Shown one piece after another: positions 27,901 to 42,900 of a stretch of 64,000 nt of DNA (position 1 is its first letter; every line of letters begins with the position of its first letter). The stretch comes from Phoronis australis. Lineage: Eukaryota > Animalia > Phoronida. The translations under genes were made by a program, and so were the position numbers. The stretch is taken from positions 300,657 to 364,656 of the forward strand of contig NMRA01000250.1 of NCBI GenBank assembly GCA_002633005.1, read 5' to 3'. Under the pieces are notes generated by a model. It searched no databases and was not told the DNA's origin. It was given only the letters and a program-made list of their open reading frames with translations.

Positions 27901-30900
27901 TATATGTTGTCAGCAAAGACACCCTTGCGCAGCAGTTTATGCAATGGCCGTCTTCTGGGAGGCCAGAACTTTGGTTTTCGTAGCACATTTTTCAATATTC
28001 CGTGGGCCCCACGACAGACTTTACCGATACCAGTCGCAAAAACATTTGCATGAAACTGCTTTTGATGGCTCTCATTGGTTGCTGTTTGTGTATTTCTCAC
28101 TTAGATGAATATTATTGGTTACTTTTGGTGCCACCGGCCCATTTGAGATTGACAGAGTTCATCTCGTTGCCTTATAAGGAGTTTCGTTGGCAGCATGAAC
28201 ATTATATCTGTGACGCATACTCCCTCTAAAATCTGCCAAGCCATTCGCAAACTCAACTTCGGTAGTGGCCATGCGTGACGTTTGCGGTTTCAAGGGAGTA
28301 TTCCAAGATTTGGGACAGCGGGTGACGTCATTGAGTAAAGTTCAAAATATATGCGTCTCGTGCTGAGAAATTGCAGCTAAAATCACGTGCTCTCCTTGAA
28401 ATCAAGCAGTAACATCTCGCGTAATCTCGCAGAGTCTTGTTTACCTAGCCTGGTCCTTACGTTAGTGAATTCTATCCTGGCTTCCATTACCGATTGACAT
28501 GCGCATTCTACGGTACGTACTAAGAAATGTCGTCTGCCGCGCAAAAGCGAAGCACCGCTAAGCCTGTTTTAAAAAACGAGAGATGTTTCAGACACTGACG
28601 TTGACTCAGATGCAGATACGACAGATAATCCACTGCCGGATGGTGGTGATATTGCCGGGCTCGGTCATCGAATCGCAAATATCCGTGTCAAGGCAATACA
28701 AATTAATACAATTCGCTCTAAGAGTCTAACTTGAGAATGGATGGTTTTCATCTGGAAGAATGAGTTTGTGACAATCCTGAAAATTATTGGAATTCCATAG
28801 TTGCAAGCGTTTGATAATTCAGTTGATATCTTTTTAGAAATATTCGTTGTCATCAACAGGCCTAACAGTCCCGTTCAAGTAGATGGAAAACGCACGTGCA
28901 TTGTTTTGTTTACCCTACCTAATTTGCATTTATAAGGGAGGACTCGCATATCGTGCAGTTTTTACAAGAGTTCTGGCAGTGCAGAAGTTCAATATGTTGT
29001 ACCAGCTTCAGAATATCGAATTCAGACTACGTATAGGAATGCTGTGCAAGACATTACACTTACAGACTGAGGGAAAATGTAGACTCTGCTATCAAGACAT
29101 AAAAATGTGACAGACTTTACAAAGACTTCACTTGGACTGTCTTCTTCATAGGAAAATTTTCCTTCTGTGTTAGACTTTTTGTACTCAGTTGACATTGACA
29201 TGATCATCACAATTATTGAGTAGCCTAAAACATTTCCCCATACTGTATCAAACACGTCTGTAGACTTCCATTTCAAAGTAATTGACTAAGCAAATGGGTT
29301 ATGACATATGTGATATGTTTGTACTAAGTAAGTCCAACTTTTAAAAATAAAAAGTTGAATAAACACAGTTATTTGTTTACACTACTGTGCATTACTATTA
29401 AAATGCGTGGGTAAAAATAAGGTGCACAAAAAACTGCACACTAGCTTATGGAGAACGTTGACCGCCGCGCGGTTCCGGCACGTTGCAGTTTTTACGCGTG
29501 CGACCTGTTTAGATTTTCAGATGTGGAGAACACTGACATCCACCTGCTGACTAACCCACCTTCAGCCAATGGCAGTAAAGTGATGGCTGTACTGAGGCGT
29601 CCGCTTCCCAGGCTGACCAGATGAGGCTTGTCAGTTTGAACTTTGACCCCTTTGCCAGTTTCTGTGACCTCCAGTCGCTCCTGCGAGAAAAACGTGAAAG
29701 TTTCACAACTGGGGCTGCTTAGATCATAAATCTGTCGGTGGATGCTGTAATCGACATTCAAGCAGTAACAAGAACATACAGACCCCAGCAGCATTACAGC
29801 AGAGAGAGTTATTCATTTTGAAACAAACACGACTAATAAATTGTCATTTTCATCTCTCAAAGGCAAACCACATTGCACCAAAAGTTGTTTAGCATGATAT
29901 ACTAAAAACTAAGAAATTTTCAAACCCGTATGTTCGTCGTTAACTACGACAAAACAAAATATGTGTTAACTGAAATTCTCTTACTGCACTTTATATCCAT
30001 CACGTGTTTCTATAAGTGAGCGTCAATCAACTGAGCAAAATCAATGAAGTTTATCAAACAATCGTATAAACTCAACATGATATCCACCATCTGAGACAAT
30101 AATTTACTAATTACAGAGAGAGGGAACCTGCAACTGCAATTCCAAAGGCAGTAAGACCGCACTACGCAAGTCAACTGATTTGCTTGTATTCGTATAAACA
30201 ACGGATGCACCTGCATACAGAATAACAACAACAAATAGATAACACTACAAAATTCATAGATTCACATGCTCCCACAGGCATCCAAAGAAAACACGTATGA
30301 TCGATTGATCAAAGAAATACACTAAGACCAGATCTCTTTATTTTTAAGCGAAGACACTACTAAGTTATGAGGCACCCGACAAAAGAGGAGGGGGTCTAAT
30401 CTTTGCACTCAAAAGTTCTTTTCCGCATTAGTTTAACAGAAACAAGACTAGTGTTTATAATTCCTTACTCGAGTACATTAAGGTTTACTCGGATGACTGT
30501 CTAATCCTAGTTTACACTCGATGACTGCAGCAGTAATGCTACAAGTTCGAGTCTGAACTCGAAATGTTGAGTTTTTACTCGAAATCTCCAGTTTTTACTA
30601 GTTTCTAGCTTGAACCCAGAGGTCATCAAACGCAACTTGAACAAGAAATTTATCTGTTTACTAAAACAATAAGGCACTCCAACACTTTATCTTGAGTTTA
30701 TATCAAAGAAGGGCAGAAAAGGTTAAGAATAATTTCGAGTTTGACTTTGAGTGTGGAACCCGGACCCAGAAGAAGGGCAATTTGTATCTAGCAATAGATA
30801 CCAGCATTTTGAAGACTAAACCAACTGCGAGGTATGTCACACTTACACGATAATAACATACAAGAGGAGTGTTGTTATCTGTCTATAACAAGATATGCAA

Positions 30901-33900
30901 GATCATAAGAGGAGTGTTGTTATCTGTCTATAACAAGATATGCAAGATCATAAGAGTCCGTGCATTTCACCATCAAAGCATCTTCTGACTACAGATGCCT
31001 TATTTTCTGAATAATGAGCAAAATTATGAGACATTTGGTAATAGTACGATATAACGTGCCAGCATTTTGAGAACCAGTTTTCTCCACTGAATAACAAGTA
31101 TCAATTGGTTCTCAAGATGCAGGCACTTTATATCAGACTGTTGCCGAATATTTTAATAAAAAGTAGCCTACCCAGCAGTAGATATGACTATCCAACATCT
31201 GCACTACCAAATTTTTACTTGGAGGCAGTTAGAGCAAACTTTTCTTTTGTATTTAACTCAAAAAGCATGAACCACAGTAGGTTTACAAAAATAAGGTTGA
31301 CAGTGTTTTTTCTCGTCAAAAGTAAACGAAATTTTGAAGCAAAAATTTCTGGCTAATTTTCAAATGATTTATTATCATTTTTATCAGGTGAACTTCTGTA
31401 TTTCTGCCTAAAACAGCCATAAAGCCTAATTTTCAAGAACTTAGCCAACTTTTTTGAAAACTATTGTTTCCCATTCACAGCCACTGCTGTCATAATTCGA
31501 TACTCACAACATCCTCATGAGCAAAGCAATGACAGTCGCATAACTGATGGAACTCAACTCCAAGCATGGACATGTCGACCATCACCGAGACAGAAACAAC
31601 AGGATAACGACTACAGAGATATCACGCAATGGTCAACCCAAACACAACTCTCATACAGTTTCAGATCAGCCAATAAAATATAAAAGTCGAGATATAAACA
31701 AGCACATGACTCAAACTCGCGGTCTCCATTACTGTAACTGTTGTGCCACGTATCAAAACGCTAATTCTGACACACTAAAATGCTGGAAAACCACCTTACC
31801 ATACCAGTCAATCACTCATACTGGCATTTTTGTGCAATTCAACAAAAAGCAATGGAGTGATATATAATCGCCTAGTAACAAGTAATGTACGAACTGTAAT
31901 CGCTGTAATTTCATCGGTCTATTGATTTTTTTACACAATTGCTTAAACCACGCAGGACATTTTTAGCCATTGGACGGAATGGAAACAGTTAGCACCAAAT
32001 CTACTGACTTCGCATGAAGACGCACATTATATTAATATAACTGAGTGTCTCATAAAATATAAAACAGTCGAAACAAAAAGCCTGTTGTTCCATTACTATT
32101 ACTAGATAATCAGTTCTCATGACAAATGGCACAGCACCTCTGATGCATGAAAGATGTGCATCATGACAGGAAACTGGTCATTTTCGGAAAGTGAAAAATT
32201 GACTATTTTCATATACACAAGATGAATGCAAAGAATTGAAATAAGTGCACAACTGCACTGTAAACGGCATGGTTCTAGAGGCGTCCATTAGTATCATAAA
32301 AATGCCCACTAGGTGGTGCAGAATACATCAAACTCGTCCCAAAAATGAGAAGACATCGTGACCTACATATATACCTATTCGCCAAATATCATGGAAATCC
32401 ATCAAGGAAGATAAAGAGGTAAACCATAAAAATATAATTTCCACTAGGGGCATAGCAGTAGCCAGGGTCATCCAAAATTCACCATCGTACCTTGTCGTAT
32501 TCATATAAAAACACTTGCAAAATTTCAAAAAAGGTCCTACATAGGGTTAAGGAGATAATGCTGTAGACTCCCAAAACTTGCCGCAAGGGCCAAGGGAGTG
32601 CCAAAATAGTTGGAAATTTAAAGACACCTGAGATCTCAGCATTTTGGGGTCCAAAAACATTAATAACTGTGTAAAGAGCAGGTTTTAACGAAAGACCACT
32701 TTAGACCATCAAATCTCCTCATTACTGCTATATTCATTTGTATCACTAAGATAAAGTAGTCACGATAATGTCTCCTTGCCTAACTTGTGTAAATTCATTG
32801 AGATTGCAATTTCCACTCGTCCAAAGTCAATTAAAACACCAGTTGCAAGCCATCATGGGGATTTTGATTAAAGGCCTATGGTGTTTACCCTAACTTCGTT
32901 AATTACCCATAATCCTTAATGTCGCTCATCAATTCTTGATTAAAAGGATTTGACTGGGAACACAGTGCTAGAACATGTGAGCACCAGACATGTAGTGATA
33001 AATCTGAGGAAAGAATATTTGGCAATCAGTCAAGAAATCATATGCAGTTCTATCCCTCCGATGAAGATGGGTGTGTTTCTTTTTCAACAAAGTCTCTTCC
33101 ATCAAAACTGAATATTGCACACATATTTCAGCTTAATTTAATAGTCAGAGATTTGCATTTCTTCAGAATTCAGCTGTTAGCTGCGGGAGCATGGCTGTAA
33201 ATATTGTTGTGTATTTCAAAAAACGGAACTTTTTGATACCGTGGCAGGATGCGGGACAAAGCTTCAAAAAGCGGGACGGTGCGCCAAAAGCAGGGGCATT
33301 GGCAACCTACGTTATCCATCACAAAATGGTGGATGTTGACATGTATTTTAGCAAAACCTGTTAAATGAAAAGTAGGCTACTATGAACGGACAGGAACTCA
33401 CAAAACTCACCAAGTGGTATGTTCATGTACAAAGGGTAGCCAGCCACATGTAACTCACCAAGTGGTATGTTCATGTACAAAGGGTAGCCAGCCACATGTA
33501 ACTCACCAAGTGGTATGTTCATGTACAAAGGGTAGCCAGCCACATGTAACTCACCAAGTGGTATGTTCATGTACAAAGGGTAGCCAGCCACATGTAACTC
33601 ACCAAGTGGTATGTTCATGTACAAAGGGTAGCCAGCCACATGTAACTCACCAAGTGGTATGTTCATGTACAAAGGGTAGCCAGCCACATGTAACTCACCA
33701 AGTGGTATGTTCATGTACAAAGGGTAGCCAGCCACATGTAACTCACCAAGTGGTATGTTCATGTACAAAGGGTAGNCATAATCCTTAATGTCGCTCATCA
33801 ATTCTTGATTAAAAGGATTTGACTGGGAACACAGTGCTAGAACATGTGAGCCCCAGACATGTAGTGATAAATCTCAGGAAAGAATATTTCGCAATCAGTC

Positions 33901-36900
33901 AAGAAATCATATGCAGTTCTATCCCTCCGATGAAGATGGGTGTGTTTCTTTTTGAACAAAGTCTCTTCCATCAAGACTGAATATTGCACACATATTTCAG
34001 CTTAATTTAATAGTCAGAGATTTGCATTTCTTCAGAATTCAGCTGTTAGTTGTGGGAGCATGGCTGTAAATATTGTTGTGTATTTCCGTGGCAGGATGCG
34101 GGACAAAGCTTCAAAAAGCGGGACGGTGCGCCAAAAGCAGGGGCGTTGGCAACCTACGTTATCCATCACACAATGGTGGATGTTGACATGTATTTTAGCA
34201 AAACCTGTTAAATGAAAAGTAGGCTACTATGAACGGACAGGAACTCACAAAACTCACCAAGTGGTATGTTCATGTACAAAGGGTAGCCAGCCACATGTAA
34301 CTATGTGTGGTGAGCAAGAAAACTTATTTGAAAAAAATTCACTATTTTGGACTAGGAGCATGGGCAAATGAATTAAAAAATAATTGTCAATACTTGTCAA
34401 CAACAACAAAAAACAAAATTATTCCAGCTCTCAAGTTAAGCATGGTAACCTTACGCATTAATGCCTAGATGCCTATTGGTTAAGCATGGTAACCTTACGC
34501 ATTAATGCCTAGATGCCTATTGGTTAAGCATGGTAACCTTAACCATTAATGCCTAGATGCCTATTGGTTAAGCATGGTAACCTTAACCATTAATGCCTAG
34601 ATGCCTATTGGTTAAGCATGGTAACCTTAACCATTAATGCCTAGATGCCTATTGATACACCCTTATCCTTTCTCCAACTCACGATACCTCAATAAAACAC
34701 GATCACCGCCTCCTAGAAGTACGTACATACTGGATCACACAGGGCTGTGCTTGAAACAGAACTGGAGTACCACACAAGTACCTGAGGTGACTAAACCATC
34801 TCTACCTATGAACCACGATTGTATTCAAAGTGCACTGTATAGCCTGACAAAATATTTCACAAATAATTCTTTCAAATAGCCTTCAAATGAACTCTGTTAT
34901 GATTCCTGATTAGAGACAAAAACAGTACCCCATGTCTGAAACACCACACAGACTGTTACTGAGATGAGTGAAGAGTCCAACACTTACTGACAAGACTCAT
35001 CAGTTTTGTGCCTGACATGTAACCTTTGTGGTGCTACCCAAATCAGGATAGGCTATACAAAACCAAGAGCAGAATACTTAATAAATCATACAGTCGATCT
35101 CAATTTCCGAACGCATTTCCCTTCCCATCAATGTGGAGAAATACATTCACAGTATCATTCACGAAATAAATGCAAAAATTTAAATATTAAAATGGTTCAC
35201 CTGTCTGCCATCAAATAGCCCAAAAATGATGTAAAATCCACGCAGCCTTACTGTGTTCATGACCCAATCGACTTGGGTATAACCCCAATTAGCAAAGTGT
35301 GATTGCATTTTATCCAGCATCATACATCTGCATATAATCTGAACCAGTTGAGCTTAAATTATCAACAATCTCACATCCAAACATCATGTCAATGAGTCAT
35401 GTACCTGACAAGGGTCACAATTTTGATTTTTTCATGTTAAGCGCTCCTATCATGACTTGACAGGATAAATCCAGTACTTGAACAATGATAATCATGTAGA
35501 TAAGGTGACATTTGTAGCAACATCATGGTTCAAACAATGACCTACGTGTCTAAATACCTACGTCCAATCTTTAAACAACAGCAGTCATACTCCATTTTAC
35601 CTGAGCAAAGTTCAAGGTAAGGGAGGTCTATATATAATAATTCTACCTGCAGGATGTGAGGCCCTGATAGTGATCTCTCATTATGTCGATTCGATAACAA
35701 TGGACACCAGCAGTACCTAGTGCATTGTGGGTAAATATCAGTGAACAAAAAATGATTGGTGCCACAACATAGAACAAACACAGTGATATCACTGAATAGA
35801 TATGAATCATTATCTAGTGTTGACTATTAACACTCAACTGTGGTAACGGCATAAAATCGCTTGCTAAGTTTAGGTGTCAGTTTAGTGGATGCACACCCTT
35901 AAAAAAGCTGCAAGTTAAACAAGAAACGATGGGAGGCATCCTCAGATAAATGTCAGTTTTCTTTATTGTTGAAATTTCCCAGGCTGCATGTTGTGTATTG
36001 CGGCATATTACAACCTGTTTTAAGTGACAATTCCGAATACAATTTATAATGTCACATCAAGTGGACAGCATTTAGGATGTACAGTCTGTTGCCATGGAAT
36101 CTCAATACTCCCACACTCACAATGCGATTACACCTGCATGCATATCACATATTGTATCCACTTGCAATGCGATTACACGTGAATGCATATCTCATGTTAT
36201 ATCCACAAGATAAAATGTTCAACTTGAACTTGTGTGTTATCAAGGGTCACAAATTCACGTTTTGAAGGTACAAAGTTACTCTATTTTTCTAATTTATTAC
36301 ATGAGGGACACCTGATCAGGGTAAGAAGCTTTACCATGACCTTTCAATACCATCAATGGTCTATCAAGCTCAGGCTTGAAATCTATAATCATGACTTAAA
36401 TCCAGGTATCTGTCATATAATATATGTATACATAAAACACATAAATTGTAGGTTAAAATCTCACCTATTTAGAGCACAATATGGTGGACAGGTGAAATTT
36501 CATTTTCTCATTTCCTTACAAATGACACACAGTGCCAATATTAATATTTGCCATATTTTAGTGTACCAGAACAATGTTAGCAAAGCTTGACCATGAAGAC
36601 AGTACCATTTGGGTAATTAAAACTTGGTTCAAAATTGGAGACATTTACGGTACTCCAAACAAATTATCTACCAACCACATTGAAGCTGTAAACTTCAAGA
36701 TGCCACAGCCTCCAAGTCCATCATGGGTCCACCTTGCTTTGGCTTCGAAAGCCATGGCATCTCAAGGTTCATGACTGATTCAGCTATTTCTGATATTACG
36801 GTAAAAATTCCCCAAATTTGGGACAGTGAAAATTTAAATTAATTGTTTCGCTCAATGTTAGAGCTTGTCCCAAATTCAAGAAGCAGGCAATATTAGCCAT

Positions 36901-39900
36901 TCCAAATTCAAGAATCACTGGAAAGACGGCAAAATTACCCAATCTGTAGATTGGTAACACATTGTACAAAATTTGAGAAATATTGTGAACGCCAAACTTG
37001 CCCTTTCCCAAACTCCAGAATTAAGGAAATTCAATTTTTGCTGGAGTTCCATGTCCCAATTTCAACAGAATGTCCCAAATTGGAGAATTTCCCCACATAA
37101 ATTAGATACATAAATTATCGATACATAAAATTCTGTAGCAGCTTAGGCTGGGATCCTTCTTAACAAATCATAGAGAAGTTAAAGATCCCTTATATCAACA
37201 ATAAGAAGTTAAAGATCCCTTATATCAACAATAAGCCTCATTCTTAACAAACAAAGTCATAAAATGAAAGTCCTGGCACTTTTCAAAGGAAGAAACAGAA
37301 AGCAGACAGTGACACAGTTTTGTACAAACCTACTAAGTTACAACACCACAGAAGCACAAGTTAAAGCACGTTAAATAAATGTGTCGAAGTCAAAAGATGT
37401 AACTATCAGCTGAAAAAGGTAGAAATGGGTTATATTGACATAAACATCCACATACAGGGTTAAGAAAACAGAGATTCCAGCATACTGCCAAGCAAATTCC
37501 CACTTGCGTTATTAATTGTAGGTAGGAGACAATGAGTCTTTTAACTTATTTTACCTTAAAATGACACAAAATCAAAAGGGGGAGCCCTTTTCCATACTCA
37601 GGTAGTTGCTAACTCAGTGTCCACAAGCTCAACAAAGTTCAAGCACTAAATACTCATTTCGCACAAAAATAGTTGCCAAAATTGTCTTTTTTCCATTTTT
37701 CGAATGCTGATTACTTTACTGTAAATAATGAAAATTATACCAAAAGTTGATTTGTGACATCTACACAGTAAAAACCATGCTAGTAATAGACAAGAAGTTT
37801 CTTATTTATTTTTGAGGACAAAATAGAATTTCACATACCGGCCATATTGTGCGTTAAATAAGTGAGAAAATATCGTACAATATTTATTATATTAACATTT
37901 GAATTAACACAAGACCAAGACACGGTCAATCTAATCTTCACAGGGCATTTTTAGAAATTCGGTGCTGGTACTGCAGGCAAGCTAAAAGTGTGCTCTCAGG
38001 AAATTTTGTACCAGTTATTTAACCTTAAATTTCAGCGGTTAAAATTCTGACCACTCACGTGGCATTTATCTTGAATTATTTTCAATGGTAGGCAGCTTAC
38101 AATAAAGAATCACAAGCAAACTGGAAGTCATGAGTTATGCCTCCCACAACAATTTCGAACAACGAGGGGGAACATTTACATAACAGTATGCCGTTTGCCC
38201 AACAGTATGCCGTTTGCCCAACAGTATGCCGTTTGCCCAACAGTATGCCGTTTGCCCAACAGTATGCCGTTTGCCCAACAGTATGCCGTTTGCGCAACAG
38301 TATGCCGTTTGCCCAACAGTTTGCCGTTTGCCCAACAGTATGCTGTTTGCCCAACAGTTTGCTGTTTGCCTAACAGGATGCTGTTTTCCTAAAAGTAAGC
38401 TGTTTGCCCAACAGTATGCTGTTTGCCCAACAGTATGCTGTTTGCCTAACAGTATGCTGTCACCAGTTAAGGATTAGTAATATCATGTTTTACCCCTATT
38501 GTTTCATTCAACTCATCAAGCTGCGACAACTGCTCTTCCAAAGCCTACAACAAAACAACATACATTAACTGTCATGTCACTAATACAAGTGCACGCTGAA
38601 ATTGAATGCATGTGACACTGCTTCATTCATAAAACACATGAAACAACATTATAAACCCGTGTTCCGACAATAACACATTTTTTTTAATTTAGACCAATTA
38701 CTGCTCCAAACCTGAGGCCTATGTTATCAAAGGTTTTAAGCATGGTCTCAGCTAAGATGGCCAAAGGAGGAACATTTTTACAAAAAAATTAATATGTGGC
38801 ATTTTTGCGTGAAAGAAACGATTGACACAAACATCACAGAAGATCAGATTCAAGCCGAACGCCCACCTTCTGAACCACATTAATGAATTGTTTGGCCAAC
38901 AAAACTTGAAGATACGACCATCTTAGTCAAAGCGAGAGTATAACCTTTGACAAAATAGTGCCCTGGTCTGAACCTGTTGTTTATTCAGATGAGAAATTAT
39001 TCCGGGCTTGGACAGAACTGACGGATCATAGTTGGTCGGCTCCAAGCTTAGAGGAAAAAATGCCTCACCGTGACAAGCCAACTTCTTGTGCCTGGTCTAA
39101 AGCAAATTAACTACAAATGAAAGTTCATTCCACCCCAACATCACCTCTAAGTTGAGAGCAATCTCATGCTTGTAAATGGAATAAATTAAATTTAATTTCT
39201 AACAGAGGGATGGTTTAGCCAGCTTTAGAATCACTAATTGCTATCACAAATTCTACTTAATCACACTAAATAATGTACAGTACACCCTGAAATTTCTCTA
39301 TTTTCAAAATTGACTCTCAGGGAGGCTAAAATGTCTACTTTCAAATTGACTCTCATGGAGCTGGGGAAATACTGGAACATGTTTTATTAAATATGTCAAT
39401 AAATATTCAGTCACAATAAAATGGCTATCATTTTATACCTCGAACATATTAGAAGACTTCAACTTTTGACTGACACTTTCTTTGTCCACACTGACTCCAT
39501 CTATTGGCTGATTTTCCTGAAAAGAAGTAGGCCTGTGTGTGCACTTGGAAAAACCAACTGCAGTTATGCACCAAGTGGTGTTTAACATCTTCCTGATATA
39601 ATAGTAATTTTCAAACCACAATTTCACAGCATGAGGTTATTTTGTAGCATGATTTTAGCTGATATTTGAGATATTGCACTTCAGTACAAGCAAGGCATGG
39701 TAATCCTGAAGATAGGACTTCTCTCAAGTGGTTGTGTCATCCAAGCTTTGATGATAAAACCAAAGTACATAAGGCTAGAGGAAAGGTCGAGTTTGCATAG
39801 ACTAAGAAAATAAATTATGACACATCCAAAATGCACCCTAGCATGCTAAGTTAGGTTGTGTAACCTAGTCTACCTGTGGTGAGTCATCGACACCATTCAT

Positions 39901-42900
39901 TTCTATTGGTGCTGTGTTTTCGACGCCATCTATTGGTGAGATATCCTACAATGAACAATACCATGCAGTCACAATGCTTGGCTGGTGGCGTAAAACCTGA
40001 AATGTTTAATTTGTGCTAACATTAAGTTTTTGCTGTTGAAACTATTGCCTTTATAAATAGCCTCACAAACTTAAAATTCCATGCACATTGTAAATGGAAA
40101 CAATCTGTAGAAGATTTACCAGGTTGATTCATTGATGTTTGAATGGAGTCCATTTACAACACACTGGATTATTGGGATAAAAAGTGAACATAATCAGAGG
40201 TTTAACAGCAGCAAAATTCTCATCTCAAAAACAAGGTAATTTACCACATCTAATTGCAAGTAGATGCTTTACAAGTGAATAGAAAAGTACGCCTCACGGA
40301 CGGAAAGAACAGAAGAGGTGGTTGAATTCCATAACCGAAGGTTAAGCAATTTTGTAATGTGCAGCAAAGACCTTCGACCGGTCTGACAAGGCAAAACAGG
40401 CAGCGATTTGACAATTTGATCTCTGAGACAGATCTTGGAACAGGACCAGGTAAAGAGGGCTGCTTCTCAAAGAGTCTATTGTTTTTTTGGCTAAAAATCA
40501 GTTGAAGGATAGCATATCAATCAGCATCAAGCTAAGAAAGTTTGTCTAAAGCTCCAAGCCAAAAGACAAAAATCCATAGCTTGCTCAGGAGCAGACTAAA
40601 AGCCGGTCAAAAGACAAAAATATCAACTTATGGTTATAGACTCTTCAAGGAACAGGTCTCAGCCTAATAGAAGAAGCTGGGCACTCCAACCACGCATGTT
40701 TAATGTGATGAAGTATACCCCTGGGCATGCCAACGTCTGCTGTCACAAACGACTGTGTCTCCAGTGAACACGTAATGTAGTCTCTTTTTTCAATAGAATT
40801 GCCAGCTCATCACTCGTCTTTTCGTAACAATTGCAACTCATGTATTCATTAAAATAAACGTGAGGTTGCACTAAAAATGACACTAAAACATTTAATTTTT
40901 CGATTACCATTTAGATAGCTTCATCATGAACTCAACATGGTAACAACCAAAACTGTGGTCAAATATCAGAGAATGCAAAATACAAAGTACACGAAAACAC
41001 TGTCATAAAAATGAGAAACATCTGCTTATTTCCATAAAAGTTCAAACTATGCAAGCTGGATGAACAGCAGTTTTAACAAGCAAATTGTCATCATTGTTAG
41101 CTGGACACACGAATAGCGTGATCGAAAGCCTGGTCAACTCTCGAGTGCTATAATGCTACAAAGAAAAGGCAGACGTGAGATTCTAGACTATTCCAGGCTG
41201 CGTTCCACTGACCCAAGACATTCACGCGAAAAGATGGTGCAACCACATCCTACAATTGTAATCCATCGCAACATCTCGCAAAGATTCATATGATTTTATA
41301 CATTTTCCCGAGATTCTTGTGTCGACGGATCGCAAACCTGTTCTGCATCCACCACCTGCACAGGGAACAGATCACATAAGACAAAGGTCAAGGTCAATAG
41401 AATGCCCTAGCCGCCACTGCAAGATGGAAGCATGAAAAAGTGAAAGAGAAAATTACGGGGAAAACTCCTTCAATTTATAAAACGCTGTGTCGGAAAAGGT
41501 GACATTCTGATTTAACATCGTGCTTCTCAACAATTCATTATCAAAGTGAGCCACGTTAGGTTATGCAGAGCCCTAGAATATGTTCAAATTTACTTAGCCT
41601 TGCAACACCGCATCTCAGAAATGGCCAATCGTATTCAAGTGAAACTTTTCGACACTGCACTTTATGCACAATTCTACAAAACTTTGTTAGAAAATTGTTT
41701 TTAAAACGCTCTACTTCTGCATGAGGGGCAAAATCAAAAAGAAGCAATTTTATGATTTTCATGAAAAAAATTAAAGTTGGAAAACTGTAACAGCGTTTTT
41801 GAGATCTCATCAAGGAACATTTTGGTAAATAAATCTTGATCATGTTATCGATGCTATCAATTTACTGTTCTTTTTCGTTAAATTTCACTAAAAAGACATG
41901 GTCATGTGGCCCAATTAGTGGCAGACTAGTAGAAAGTCAAGAATCAAATTCTACTGCCTTTCTATTTTCAGAAAATATTTTTACTGTGATAAAATCTATA
42001 CTTTTGTCTAACTGCGCAGACTTATCAATACGGCCCTGTGTAACCTTGAACATGAGATGACCAATTTCCAATATGTTGCAATTGAGTAAGCAGCTAAGAA
42101 ATGTCAATTTTTACAACAGTTTCCATAGAAAACTGAAGAAGTTTACTAACCATAATTCAGTTACAGACATCAATGGTCAATGGTGGCACACAATAAACCC
42201 GCCTTCTGTCAAAAAATAACTTTTGATTGAGACTACAAATATTTCCAGTAAGTTGAGGCTAAAAATAATTCCAATAATTTGAGGCTACAAATAATTTCGG
42301 TAATTCGAGGCCACAAATGGTTGCGATAATACTCCAGTAGCCGAAATCAAAAGTTTTTTTAATAAGGCGGATTTATTACAGCATAAAGTAGAGGTGACAG
42401 TGAAACCGTCCAATCATATTTCAGCATAAAGTAGAAGTGACAGTGAAATCGTCCAATCATATTTCGTGTGTTACAAATACCTGAACTTCAGTATCAGAAC
42501 CAGACTCTGACTCATCATCGTCCTAAAACAACAAAAACACCAATCTAGACAGAAGGTTTTAATAAATCATGTCCCGTGCTCGGTATGTAACCCTTAATAC
42601 GCACACTGTCACCTTGACATTTCAGGTAAATGAGACGAAATCTAAATAATTGACATGTAGACTAAACCACCAGAACGATTTAATTTCCATTCTCTAATCT
42701 AATTTTTACTTTGCAAGTAAGCAAAGATTCGTTCTCACTCTTGTTTAGAGAGGGATTTTGGCTACGATTCTGTATTGAACGAATTCCAAATGACCCTTTA
42801 CAACGAACCCTATGCTTTCATAATGCACACTGCAAATCGTCACAAACAACAGACAGTACTCCATATTCGTGACTTTCAACTTCACAGAAAGGCTGTGTAT

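Noticed and set aside
27737-29276. Transposase remnant inside the hAT-like element
   Set aside because: No recognisable BED finger, DDE or dimerisation motif in the short ORFs.
33361-33801. Repeat-protein ORFs, also at 38097-38477, 54362-54706 and 63784-63987
   Set aside because: All are translations of minisatellites with no splice or coding context.
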